DNA from: a virus
Lineage: Duplodnaviria; Caudoviricetes
IMG/VR virus record: IMGVR_UViG_3300030095_004537
Span: 1-37,883 of that record
Strand: one strand, 5' to 3'
Length of the DNA: 37,883 nt
The first letter of the stretch is position 1, and every line of letters starts with the position of its first letter. Shown here in pieces: positions 18,736 through 28,746 of this stretch. The notes beneath the pieces are model-generated. The model made no database searches. It was not told the DNA's origin and was given only the letters and a program-made list of their open reading frames with translations. The translations under genes were made by a program, and so were the position numbers.

Positions 18736-20379
18736 ATGAAAATAATAGGGTTTCAATCAGGACATGATGTTTCTTATTGTGTTTTAGAAAATGGTGTTCC
18801 AATAATACATGAAGAGTTAGAGAGATTTATAAGAGAAAAAGAACCGTTGGGTGATGGTTTAGAAATGGCTTTGCAGATGTTGCCAGAAGAAGATGTTAAT
18901 GATGCGAAGTATTTTGTTAATGGTTGTCCGAGAGCTAGAAAAACTTATCCAGAAATATTAGCTAAAAAAGAACCCGATACTAAGATGAAATCTTTGATAG
19001 AAAAAAATGATGGTAAATATTTTATTGTCGGTCATCACCAATCTCACGCGGCTAATGCTTTCTTTTCAAGCAATTATGACGAAGCTTTGATAATCACTGT
19101 TGATGGGAGTGGAACTGAAAAAAATGATTGGATGAATATTGAAAGTGAATTTGGAGAAACTGAAACATTCTCTTCTGCATTTACTTTTTGGGATGGTAAG
19201 GGTTTAGATATTACTCCAATTAAAAGAATACCAATGGAAACTCTAACTATAGGTTCACCGTGGAGAATTTACACAGGTAAAATATTTGGATTGTCATCTG
19301 GACACCCACATGGTTTAGCAGCTGGGAGTGTTATGGCTATGGCTGCTGTAGGTGACTCTGATAAATACTGGAAAGACTTTTATAATGCATTTATGGCAGG
19401 TGGTGGTGGTCCTTCATCTGCTACACAAAAAAATGTAGATAAATACAAGCCAATTGCTGAAAGAAGTGAACAAGATGCTTTTGATGTAGCGGCTGGTTTG
19501 CAAAGAGCTACTGAAGTTGTCTGTAAAGAGATTATGACTCCTATTATCGAAGAACGTAAACCTAAATATATATGTATGTCTGGCGGAGTTGTTTTAAATT
19601 CAGTAATGGTAGGGAAGATGTACAAATGGTTTCCTGAAATAGAACAAATTTATATTTGTCCTGTACCCTATGACGGTGGATTGTCTATAGGTGGCTCTCA
19701 ATTTATTTATCATCAAATATTTAGAAATCCTAGAATTGAATGGAAAGATAATACATCACCATATTTAGGAAGAACATATGACGAAAAAGAAATACGTTCT
19801 GAAATTGATAAAGTTTCTGATAAAATAAAAGTTGAGACAAATATTCCAGATGAAATGGTAGTAGATTTATTGACTTCAAAAAACATAATTTCAGTATTCG
19901 GTGGTGGCTCGGAGTCGGGTAGAAGAGCGTTAGGTAATAGAAGTATATTATGTGATCCAAGATGGCCTGATATGAAAGATATAATAAATGAAAAAGTTAA
20001 ACACAGGCAATGGTTCAGACCATTTGCTCCATCTATACTAAGAGAAAATGTTAAGGATTGGTTTTATAAAGATGTGGATAGTCCTTATATGACAACAGTA
20101 TTAGATTGGAAAGAGGAAGCAAAAGATAAAGTTCCAGCAGTGGTTCACTTAAATGGCACGGCTAGACTGCAGACTGTGACTGAAAATGATAATGAATGGT
20201 ACTATAAATTTATTAAGAAATTTGAAGATAAAACCGGAGTGCCAATTGTTTTAAATACTAGTTTTAATGACAGAGAACCAATTGTTGAAACTCCAGAACA
20301 TGCTATAAATTGTTTTATGGGAACTAATATAGACTATTTATATTTTTATGAATGTAATATTTTGATAACCAAGAAATAG
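18736..20379 (+). CDS. O-carbamoyltransferase (NodU/CmcH/NovN/TobZ family)
   Basis: GHD, EELERF.R.K, HHQSHA, VDGSG, SGGVVLN, DGGLSIG, ESGRRALGNRS, KHRQWFRPFAP, TARLQTV, LNTSFN. Confidence 0.95.
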   Translation: MKIIGFQSGHDVSYCVLENGVPIIHEELERFIREKEPLGDGLEMALQMLPEEDVNDAKYFVNGCPRARKTYPEILAKKEPDTKMKSLIEKNDGKYFIVGHHQSHAANAFFSSNYDEALIITVDGSGTEKNDWMNIESEFGETETFSSAFTFWDGKGLDITPIKRIPMETLTIGSPWRIYTGKIFGLSSGHPHGLAAGSVMAMAAVGDSDKYWKDFYNAFMAGGGGPSSATQKNVDKYKPIAERSEQDAFDVAAGLQRATEVVCKEIMTPIIEERKPKYICMSGGVVLNSVMVGKMYKWFPEIEQIYICPVPYDGGLSIGGSQFIYHQIFRNPRIEWKDNTSPYLGRTYDEKEIRSEIDKVSDKIKVETNIPDEMVVDLLTSKNIISVFGGGSESGRRALGNRSILCDPRWPDMKDIINEKVKHRQWFRPFAPSILRENVKDWFYKDVDSPYMTTVLDWKEEAKDKVPAVVHLNGTARLQTVTENDNEWYYKFIKKFEDKTGVPIVLNTSFNDREPIVETPEHAINCFMGTNIDYLYFYECNILITKK

Positions 20380-20388
20380 GATTTTTAT

Positions 20389-22275
20389 ATGAAAACAATA
20401 TACAAACCTTGGGGTAAAGAACTTTGGTTGGAATTAAATGATAAATATTGTTACAAAAGAATACACATCAATGCCGGAACAAAGACGAGTTATCAATATC
20501 ATGTAGAAAAGCTAGAAACAAATTATATAATTGAAGGTAAAGCTGAAGTTTGGTTAGAAAATGATGAAGGTGTTGTTGAAAAGAAAATAATGAAAGCAGG
20601 TGACTTTTTTACTGTACATCCACCAAAGAAGCATAGGGTAATAGCAATTACAGATATAGTGTTACAAGAGGTATCAACGCCAGAGGTAGATGATGTTATC
20701 AGAATATCAGATGACTCTGATAGGGGTGATGGTAAGATAGAACACGAACATATGAAACCTGCTTTGTGTATACTCACAGCTGGTATGGGTAGTAGATTAG
20801 AGAACCTATCAACTCATATTAATAAGGGATTGTTACCACTAGATAATAAAGCTGTGATAACACATATTATAGATAAAACACCGAAGGAATATGAGATAGT
20901 AATTGCTTTAGGTTACAAGGGTAATATGGTTAGGGAGTATTGTGAAGCGGCTCATCCAAATAGAAACTTTGAATTTGTAGAAGTAGATGATTTTAAAGGA
21001 GAAAATACAGGTCCATCTTATTCTATAAATAAATGTAAAGAATATTTACAAAGACCATTTTATTGGGTAACTTGTGATATTATTATCACAGAAAATCTTC
21101 CTAAAATCGACAATAATTGGATAGGTGTTTGTCCAACAAGTATTACTGAACTATACTCTACAGTTAATGTGGATGGTGAAAACGTAACTGCTTTAAAGAA
21201 TAAAGATAAGAATGGATATGGTCATGCTGTAATTGGTTTGGCCGGTGTTTATGACTATGAAACATTTTGGAATCAACTTGATGTGAAAAGCGGTGAGATA
21301 GTTAGTGCTTATTATGATATGAATAAGTTTTCAAATATGAAAGCTAAACAATTTAATTGGTATGATATTGGAACGGTAGATAATTATTTAAGAGCTCAAA
21401 AAATATTCAAAGATTCTGTTACTTATAGTATTCCAAAAACTAATGGGGAGTTTTTATATAAAGTAGATGATAACTTTATAAAATTATGTTCTGATAAAAA
21501 ATTTATAAATGGTAGAATAAATCGTTCCAAAGAGTTAGACGGATTAGTGCCAACGTTAAATTACAGCGGAAGTAATTTGTATTCTTACAATTGGAAAAAG
21601 GGAAAAACTCTGTACGATTGTGATATAGAAATTCTTAAAAACTTTTTATCATTTTGTGAAAAAGAAATGTGGAAACCAATCGGTTCAGAATTAGATTGTA
21701 GCAACTTTTACAAGAATAAAACTATGAGTAGATTAGAAATGTTTTTGTCTGGCAGAGACGATTCTTATAAAAATGTACATAACATTAACGGTGTTGATAT
21801 TGAAAGTATAAATCATTTAATGGATAATTTCGATTGGAATACTGTATTGAGTGGGAAACCTACTAAAATATTTCATGGTGATTTACAATTTGATAACGTT
21901 GTGTATGGGGAAGACAATAAGTTTTATCTTATTGATTGGAGACAAGACTTCAATGGTGAGTCTGTCGGTGATATGTATTATGATTTAGCAAAGATGTATG
22001 GTGGAGTTTTAATGTCATATAAACTGATGAAGGATGCTAATAATTTTAAATGCTTTATTGATGGTAAGAATGTAAACTTTAAATATAAATCAGATGGTGT
22101 ATTGGATGAGTTTGGAAGTATTTACGAAAAGTGGATATTGGACATGGGATACGATTTGAAGAAGATAAAGAAAATTACATCATTGATATTTTTAAATATG
22201 GCACCGTTGCATGAAAAAGAATTTGGTGATATGTTATTTTTTAAATCAAAGGAAATGTTACAAAATGATAAATAA
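20389..22275 (+). CDS. Three-domain fusion: cupin (type II PMI C-terminal-like), sugar-phosphate nucleotidyltransferase, APH/choline-kinase-like phosphotransferase
   Basis: KPWG...SYQYH..K.ET...HRV...EVSTP.VDDVIR; ILTAGMGSRL...NKGLL...WYDIG; HGDLQFDN...LIDWR...YDLAK. Confidence 0.85.
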   Translation: MKTIYKPWGKELWLELNDKYCYKRIHINAGTKTSYQYHVEKLETNYIIEGKAEVWLENDEGVVEKKIMKAGDFFTVHPPKKHRVIAITDIVLQEVSTPEVDDVIRISDDSDRGDGKIEHEHMKPALCILTAGMGSRLENLSTHINKGLLPLDNKAVITHIIDKTPKEYEIVIALGYKGNMVREYCEAAHPNRNFEFVEVDDFKGENTGPSYSINKCKEYLQRPFYWVTCDIIITENLPKIDNNWIGVCPTSITELYSTVNVDGENVTALKNKDKNGYGHAVIGLAGVYDYETFWNQLDVKSGEIVSAYYDMNKFSNMKAKQFNWYDIGTVDNYLRAQKIFKDSVTYSIPKTNGEFLYKVDDNFIKLCSDKKFINGRINRSKELDGLVPTLNYSGSNLYSYNWKKGKTLYDCDIEILKNFLSFCEKEMWKPIGSELDCSNFYKNKTMSRLEMFLSGRDDSYKNVHNINGVDIESINHLMDNFDWNTVLSGKPTKIFHGDLQFDNVVYGEDNKFYLIDWRQDFNGESVGDMYYDLAKMYGGVLMSYKLMKDANNFKCFIDGKNVNFKYKSDGVLDEFGSIYEKWILDMGYDLKKIKKITSLIFLNMAPLHEKEFGDMLFFKSKEMLQNDK

Positions 22276-22903
22276 AGATACAGAAATATACTGTTCATTT
22301 GCTGAAGAAGCTGGTAATACAGGATGCAGATTGATGAATACCTCATTTTACTATTATGGGTTGGATAAGATATACAAATCCTTTTCAATAGATAGTATTG
22401 AAGATGCTGTAAATTCAGTTAGAACTTTGGATATTAAAGGTTTTGCTATTACGATGCCATTTAAGATAGAAGTTTTAAAGTATGTAGATGAATTAGACAA
22501 GTATGTTGGTTCAATCGGTGCAGCTAATACTGTGATAAATACAGATGGTAGACTCAAAGCATATAATACAGATTCTTATGCTGCGATGGCTTATTTAGAT
22601 TTGTACGATAATAGAAAACCTTTGTATGTAATTGGTAATGGTGGTTATGCTAAGGCTGTAGAGTGGGCAGCAAAAGGTAGTAGGTTCGATGTAAAAAATG
22701 TTACAAGAGATAATTGGGATAAATTATTTGATATAAAAGACTCTGTAGTTTATAATTGTACGCCAGTAGATATTACAGATTGGGTTGATAAGTCAAATGA
22801 CTTTATAGATTGTAGAGTTATTACACAAACAGGAATAGATTTGGCTACACTACAGGCATCAGAGCAGTTTAGGTTGTATACAGGTTTGGAGTTTCCGTTA
22901 TGA
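22265..22903 (+). CDS. Shikimate-dehydrogenase-like protein (SdhL subclass)
   Basis: MINKDT start, TMPFK, AANTV, YNTD, GNGGYAKA, NCTP, QASEQFRLYTG. Lacks the AroE HSLSP motif. Confidence 0.8.
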   Translation: MINKDTEIYCSFAEEAGNTGCRLMNTSFYYYGLDKIYKSFSIDSIEDAVNSVRTLDIKGFAITMPFKIEVLKYVDELDKYVGSIGAANTVINTDGRLKAYNTDSYAAMAYLDLYDNRKPLYVIGNGGYAKAVEWAAKGSRFDVKNVTRDNWDKLFDIKDSVVYNCTPVDITDWVDKSNDFIDCRVITQTGIDLATLQASEQFRLYTGLEFPL

Positions 22904-23844
22904 AATACTTTGTAGGTCCGATGAGTAAAAATGTGGTTGATGCTGTTATAGAATTTAATGGCAATATTGGATTCATACCATCTCGCAGACAAGTGGATTA
23001 CAATGGTGGGTATGTAAACAATTGGACTACAGGTGAATTTGCAACTTATGTTGATGGTAGAGTTCCTATAGAACGGGATCACGGTGGTATTGGTCAGGGA
23101 TATAAATACGATGGTGGGTTACAATCATTTATACATGATTCAATATACTTTGACACTATCCATATAGACCCTTGGAAAGTACATCAAGATTATAATGATG
23201 GTTTACAAGAAACAATAAACAATATAAATTTTATATATTTACGGAATCCAAATGTTAAGTTCGAAGTTGGAACTGAAGAATCTATAAGAAGATTCGAAGA
23301 GTATGAATTGAAAAACTTATTGAGAAGATTGGAATCAGAGTTGATGCCAAATATATTTGATAATATAGAGTATGCGGTAGTTCAATCAGGTGTTGGTTTG
23401 GACTTGGGCAAACAGACTAATACAGGTACATTTGATGCCCATAGATTAGAGAAGATGGTTTCCATCTGTAAGGAGTTTGGTAAAAAAAGCAAAGAACATA
23501 ATGGCGATTACTTAACATCAAAAGAATATAAAGATAGATTTGATTTGGGATTAGATTCTATAAACATAGCACCAGAGTTTGGTCAATTAGAAACACTGTG
23601 TTATTTAGATGAAATGGGAGATGACATAGAAGATTACTATCAGATTTGTTATGATTCAAAGAGATGGGAAAAGTGGGTAGATGATGATTTTGTTCCAAAA
23701 GATAATAAAAAAGAGTTAATAAAAATATGTGGTCATTATGTGTTTTCTAATAAAAAGTTTTTAGATACAAAACCTAGTATAGATAGTAAAATTAAAAAGG
23801 TAATACAAGAGAAATTGAGGAGTTTAACAAATGTTAACAGATAA
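22900..23844 (+). CDS. GatZ/KbaZ-like TIM-barrel (tagatose-phosphate aldolase/epimerase family)
   Basis: GPMS, SRRQVD..GGY, RDHGG, IHIDP, EVGTEE, KEHNGDY, NIAPEFG. Confidence 0.75.
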   Translation: MKYFVGPMSKNVVDAVIEFNGNIGFIPSRRQVDYNGGYVNNWTTGEFATYVDGRVPIERDHGGIGQGYKYDGGLQSFIHDSIYFDTIHIDPWKVHQDYNDGLQETINNINFIYLRNPNVKFEVGTEESIRRFEEYELKNLLRRLESELMPNIFDNIEYAVVQSGVGLDLGKQTNTGTFDAHRLEKMVSICKEFGKKSKEHNGDYLTSKEYKDRFDLGLDSINIAPEFGQLETLCYLDEMGDDIEDYYQICYDSKRWEKWVDDDFVPKDNKKELIKICGHYVFSNKKFLDTKPSIDSKIKKVIQEKLRSLTNVNR

Positions 23845-24157
23845 AGCATTAGAATATTTCACAACTTTTTCTGAGAAAGATGTAGAAGGGTTAAGAAGTA
23901 TGTTTTCGGATGATATTATTTTAAGAGATTGGGAAATAATAGCAAATGGTATTGATGAAGTTGTAGATGCAAATCAAAATACATTTGATTCAGTAGGTAC
24001 TATAATCATTACACCAATCAAATTACACGAAAGTTCTAACACGATAGTGGGAGAAATAAAAATAACCATCAATGATGAAGAAAATATTTTAGTGACTGAT
24101 ATTTTAGAGTTTGATGAAAATAAAAAAATAAAGGAAATAAGAGCCTATAAAGGGTGA
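23831..24157 (+). CDS. SnoaL/NTF2-like protein
   Basis: YF..F..KD...L..MFSDDI.L.DW...G...V pattern and C-terminal KI..IRAY. Confidence 0.75.
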   Translation: MLTDKALEYFTTFSEKDVEGLRSMFSDDIILRDWEIIANGIDEVVDANQNTFDSVGTIIITPIKLHESSNTIVGEIKITINDEENILVTDILEFDENKKIKEIRAYKG

Positions 24158-24169
24158 TATAAATAACTT

Positions 24170-25273
24170 ATGAAAAGAACTGAAGATAAAAACGATATAA
24201 CACGAGTATTCGATAGAAAAGACTTACATTCTATCATTAGAAGGTATAATGATTCTGAAGCTTATGATGACTATAGAGAACTTTGGAAAAAATCAGGCGA
24301 GTTTGGTACTGTTCCGGATTTTCCAATTCAGCTTGACTTTGAGCTAAATTATTCTTGTAATTTCAGATGTCCCATGTGTACTTGGAGTGCGGAAGTTACT
24401 GGAAAATATGGTAAAGAAACTTGGTTTGATTTTGATGTTTACAAAGAAGTTATAGATGAGGGGGTTAAAAAGGGACTAAAATGTATAAGATTGAACTATA
24501 TAAATGAGCCTCTAATTAGAAAAGATTTAGTTAAGTTTATAGAATATGCTAGAACGGCTGGTATACTTGATATTTATATGAGCACAAATGGTTCATTATT
24601 GACAGAAGAAATATCAAAAAGGTTAGTCACATCCGGATTGACAAGACTACAAATATCCTTAGATGCTGCTACCAAAGAAACTTTTAATATAATAAGAGTT
24701 GGCGGCAACTTTGATGAAGTGATAGCTAATGTAAATAGATTTATTAAAATCAGAAAAGAAATGAAATCAGAGCTACCAACTCTGAGAGTTAACTTTGTTC
24801 AAACAGAGACAAACGAACATGAGGTTGAAGATTTTATTGAGTATTGGAAAGATAAAGCTGATGCTATAGCAATACAAGACTTAGTTAATATTGTCAAGCC
24901 AACTGATGGCGTGAAAGTTGCGGGAATAAAGGAGTTCAAATGTATTCAACCATTTAATCATATGGCTATTAGATACAATGGTGATATATTACCATGTTGC
25001 ACTTTTTTTGGTGCTGAACTATCTGTAGCAAAGTTAAAAAGTAAAACAAAGCCGGATGTGGAATATTCCACAACCGAAAATATTGGTGAAAGACAATCAC
25101 CGTTGGAGTCTAGTAGAGATAAAAGCCAGTTAGTTTTACGGACAATAGAGGAGACTTGGAAAGGTCCGGAACTCAAATTTCTAAGAGATATACACAGAAA
25201 GGGTGAATATTGGAAACATCCTGTCTGTAATAAATGTGTATCTTCTTTATCACATCACGATGAGACACAATAA
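24170..25273 (+). CDS. Radical SAM enzyme with SPASM/twitch domain
   Basis: CNFRCPMC, NEPL, STNG, ISLDA; C-terminal CIQPF...GDILPCC...CNKC. Confidence 0.9.
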   Translation: MKRTEDKNDITRVFDRKDLHSIIRRYNDSEAYDDYRELWKKSGEFGTVPDFPIQLDFELNYSCNFRCPMCTWSAEVTGKYGKETWFDFDVYKEVIDEGVKKGLKCIRLNYINEPLIRKDLVKFIEYARTAGILDIYMSTNGSLLTEEISKRLVTSGLTRLQISLDAATKETFNIIRVGGNFDEVIANVNRFIKIRKEMKSELPTLRVNFVQTETNEHEVEDFIEYWKDKADAIAIQDLVNIVKPTDGVKVAGIKEFKCIQPFNHMAIRYNGDILPCCTFFGAELSVAKLKSKTKPDVEYSTTENIGERQSPLESSRDKSQLVLRTIEETWKGPELKFLRDIHRKGEYWKHPVCNKCVSSLSHHDETQ

Positions 25274-25274
25274 A

Positions 25275-25634
25275 ATGAATAGACCAAAAACTATATTTTG
25301 TGATTTAGATGGAACATTAGTAAAACATTCTAATCCAATTGATATACAGGATTCATATTTTGAACTAGAGGTATTGCCTGGTGTACACGAAAAATTAATA
25401 GAGTGGGATACTAAAGGATACCATGTGGTTATCACAACAGGTAGAAAAGAAAGTGCTAGAAAATCTACTGTAAAACAAATGAGAAGAGCTGGTATAAACT
25501 ATGACCAATTAATTATGGGTTTTGGTGGTGGTGACAGGATACTTATAAACGACAGAAAACTCAACAGTAACAGAGACACTGCTTCTGTTGTAAATTTAGA
25601 TAGGGACACAGGTTTAAAGGGAGTTAAAATATGA
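25275..25634 (+). CDS. Small capless HAD-superfamily phosphatase
   Basis: CDLDGTL motif I, TTGR motif II, INDR motif IV. Start ATG 25275. Confidence 0.8.
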   Translation: MNRPKTIFCDLDGTLVKHSNPIDIQDSYFELEVLPGVHEKLIEWDTKGYHVVITTGRKESARKSTVKQMRRAGINYDQLIMGFGGGDRILINDRKLNSNRDTASVVNLDRDTGLKGVKI

Positions 25635-26404
25635 GAATAGCACTTTGTTTTTCTGGAACAATCGGCAGGCTCTATACAAGTAAAAGTGGTCATGCTTGGG
25701 AGAAAGATATTGATTATAGAATAGGACATCATTTTTACAAAAAAAATGTATTTAGTGTCAATGATAATGTAGATGTATTTATACATTCTTGGGCTACAGA
25801 CTATGAAGATAGGTTAGTCGAAATTTATAATCCAAAGAAAAGTAAGTTTGAGAAACAAATTAATTTTGGCAGTGATGCTGATATGGCTGGTTGGGAGAAG
25901 AGCGCTTCAAGATGGTATGGTGCTCAACAATCAATTAAACTTAAAAAGCAATATGAAGAAGAGAACAATTTTAAATATGATGTAGTTATGTGGACTCGAT
26001 TTGATATGGGATTCTTTGAAAAATTAGACTTTAGTGAAATAAAAGATTATAATAATATGTATGTACCCGATAACAATAATCCAACCACAATGCAATCCAA
26101 TAGTCCTAGGATTTTAGACTATTGGTATTTTTCATCATCTGAAAATATGGATATCATTGGTAATTTGTATGATTGGGGTAATAAAAAAGGATTTGGCTCT
26201 CCTCATTCAGATTTATATGAATGGCCTAGTAAAAATAATATTCAAGTTTGCCTATGGAGTAAATTCCAAGAATCTTGGAAGGGTAATGGTAACACAGATT
26301 TAATCAGAGCAATATTTGATAATTGTGAGTATAATGAGAATGGTTTTGTAGGTGAGGAGAATTTAAAAAGATTAACAAATTATCCAAAGGGGAGTAGATT
26401 TTGA
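25631..26404 (+). CDS. Putative glycosyltransferase-like protein
   Basis: MRIALCFSG...VFIHSW...YDVVMWTRFD...D pattern, a family I recall from phage and giant-virus glycan loci. Confidence 0.55.
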   Translation: MRIALCFSGTIGRLYTSKSGHAWEKDIDYRIGHHFYKKNVFSVNDNVDVFIHSWATDYEDRLVEIYNPKKSKFEKQINFGSDADMAGWEKSASRWYGAQQSIKLKKQYEEENNFKYDVVMWTRFDMGFFEKLDFSEIKDYNNMYVPDNNNPTTMQSNSPRILDYWYFSSSENMDIIGNLYDWGNKKGFGSPHSDLYEWPSKNNIQVCLWSKFQESWKGNGNTDLIRAIFDNCEYNENGFVGEENLKRLTNYPKGSRF

Positions 26405-27207
26405 TACATATATATACACTACACTTTAAAAATGATTATTGGGTTGATTTACAAGTTGAATCGTTTAAAAAACATATAAAAGTACCATATAAAAGTTATG
26501 CTATATTTTCACATATGACTTCAGATGTGTATGAAAAAAGAAAAGACTATTACGATTATTTTGAAGTTCGTGAAAAGGGTAGGCATATACATAAAGGTGG
26601 TAATTACCACCCAACAGACGGCAATAGACATATTTTTCCTGTTATAAAACAAAATTTAAAATCTGATGATATCGTTATCAGAATTGATTCAGATGCTTTT
26701 TTTATTGCTGATATAACTGATGAGTTTGTTAGCAAAGTGCAAGATAAGAAGTTTGTTGCTATTCACGAACCACAACATGAATGGGATTTAAACTACAGAG
26801 CACCACACCCAGCATTTTATGCTTTTCGCGGAGAGTATTTAAATCAGGGATTAGATTCAGCGATGGGTGAGATGTCAGAGGACGGGCACTCAAACTGGTG
26901 GGGTTTACTTATTAAATGGTTTAAAGAAAGTAATGTAGATTGGTACGCTTTAGAAAGGTCTAATAAAATTAATTTGCATTCATTATATTTTGGGATATAC
27001 GATGATTTAGTTTACCACCATTACGCTGGTTCCAGAGATAGAATTACCAGAGTTGATAGGAAAAAAGCAAAAGAACTTAATGTAGAGTTAACAGAAATTA
27101 TGGATGAGAATCATTTAATAGATAAAGATGTAAGAGAACAATTATCACAACAACCGGAATCTTTCATAGAATATTTGAAAGGTAACTATGAAGGGGAACT
27201 AGAATAA
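26401..27207 (+). CDS. Putative GT-A-like protein
   Basis: IRIDSDAF (DxD), HPAF, YHHYAGSR. TTG start overlapping the previous stop, GGAG upstream. Confidence 0.5.
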   Translation: MIHIYTLHFKNDYWVDLQVESFKKHIKVPYKSYAIFSHMTSDVYEKRKDYYDYFEVREKGRHIHKGGNYHPTDGNRHIFPVIKQNLKSDDIVIRIDSDAFFIADITDEFVSKVQDKKFVAIHEPQHEWDLNYRAPHPAFYAFRGEYLNQGLDSAMGEMSEDGHSNWWGLLIKWFKESNVDWYALERSNKINLHSLYFGIYDDLVYHHYAGSRDRITRVDRKKAKELNVELTEIMDENHLIDKDVREQLSQQPESFIEYLKGNYEGELE

Positions 27208-28746
27208 GTGTTGAACGAACCAAGAGTTTTACTTTTATACCCACCGGAACAAAATTGGTCTGATACTTTATGCAAACCCAATGGTTCACTAGCATATCCA
27301 ATGTTGGGTGGGGCTTTAAGAGATATAGGTGTTGATGTAGAGGTTTACGATGCTTGTGTCGGTAATGACGATGATGATTTTAACAAATTCTTTTTCAATC
27401 CTACAAAACTAAAAACTGGATTGTTAAGAACTGGAGTTACAGATGAAAGAATTTTGAATGTGGCAAAAGACTTTGACTTTATTGGGATTACATCAATTTT
27501 TTCTTTACAAGAAACTATGGTTCTACATTGTTGTCGTTTAATAAAAAAACATTTTCCTGAAAAGATATTATTCTCTGGTGGTGTAAATGCTAGAGCTAGA
27601 TATGATGTATTTTTAGATGTTGGTTTTGATATGGTATGTACTTCAGAGTCAGAACTTACTATTCAAGAAATCATGAAAGTCTATAGAAGTGGTAGCAGAG
27701 ATTGGAGTTCGGTTCCAAAAATATTATTCAGAAAAAATGAAAAGACCATTAACACTTCTCATTTGGGGAGAGTGATTATGAATTTAGATGAGCTACCGAT
27801 GCCAGCTTGGGATTTATTACCCAATGAAAGATATTGGGAAATTGGTAGACCACATGGTGGTCACTTTGAAGATGATGAGGAATTAAGATATGTATCCATG
27901 ATGACATCTTTAGGGTGTCCCTTTGCTTGTTCGTATTGTCATATAGCAGATGAGACTAAGGGTTCATTGAGCGGTGAGATAGGTAGATTCCGAATAAAAT
28001 CAGATGAGAGAGTTTTGGATGAGTTAATATATTTGAGAGATGTTATAGGAGCTAAACAAGTATTTGTTGAGGATGATTCGATATTTGGTATGAAGAGAAG
28101 AGCCATAAAAATGTTAAAAAAGATTATAGGGTTAGGTTTAGAAATATTAGATGTAAATGGCGTTAATGTAATTCATCTTACTAAAAAAGGTAAACCAGAT
28201 ATAGAAGTGATTGAATTATTAGCTGAGGCTGGGTTTAGGGATATTGTACTACCGTTTGAATCAGCTAATCATAGAATAGTAAAAAAATGGTGTTCTAATA
28301 AATGGAAAGTTGAAGATTTTGATGTTAAGAATTTAGTAAAAGAAATAAAAAGAGTAGGTATGAGAGTAGCAGCAAATTATATGGTAGGTTTTCCAGATGA
28401 AACAGAGAAAGAAATAAAACAAACTGTAGATTTTGCTAAAAAAAATATGACTTATGGATTGGATGCTTCAAACTTCTTTTTGGTTATGCCATTGCCAGGA
28501 ACACCAATGTTCGATCAGGTTATGAATAATGGACAACTTCCGAAAGACTACGATATTGATAGAATGCAATGGACTAAGGCAAATATGATAAATACATCAA
28601 TACCACCTCAAAAACTTGAAGAGTTAAGACAGAAGGCTTGGGAAGATTGTAATTTAACACACCACATAAAAAATAGACAAAAGATGCAAATAACCGATAA
28701 AAATACAGGCGAAATACACGATTTGCAAGGAGAAAAATATGTTTAA
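27208..28746 (+). CDS. Cobalamin-dependent radical SAM enzyme (class B methyltransferase type)
   Basis: N-terminal B12-binding domain (LLLYPP, GITS, GG, ESE), LDELPMPAWDL, SLGCPFACSYC, EDD, FES, MVGFPDET, PLPGT. Confidence 0.9.
   Translation: MLNEPRVLLLYPPEQNWSDTLCKPNGSLAYPMLGGALRDIGVDVEVYDACVGNDDDDFNKFFFNPTKLKTGLLRTGVTDERILNVAKDFDFIGITSIFSLQETMVLHCCRLIKKHFPEKILFSGGVNARARYDVFLDVGFDMVCTSESELTIQEIMKVYRSGSRDWSSVPKILFRKNEKTINTSHLGRVIMNLDELPMPAWDLLPNERYWEIGRPHGGHFEDDEELRYVSMMTSLGCPFACSYCHIADETKGSLSGEIGRFRIKSDERVLDELIYLRDVIGAKQVFVEDDSIFGMKRRAIKMLKKIIGLGLEILDVNGVNVIHLTKKGKPDIEVIELLAEAGFRDIVLPFESANHRIVKKWCSNKWKVEDFDVKNLVKEIKRVGMRVAANYMVGFPDETEKEIKQTVDFAKKNMTYGLDASNFFLVMPLPGTPMFDQVMNNGQLPKDYDIDRMQWTKANMINTSIPPQKLEELRQKAWEDCNLTHHIKNRQKMQITDKNTGEIHDLQGEKYV

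Noticed and set aside
22265-22903. aroE as an aromatic amino-acid auxiliary metabolic gene
   Set aside because: Lacks the AroE substrate motif, resembles the SdhL subclass, and no other shikimate pathway gene is present.
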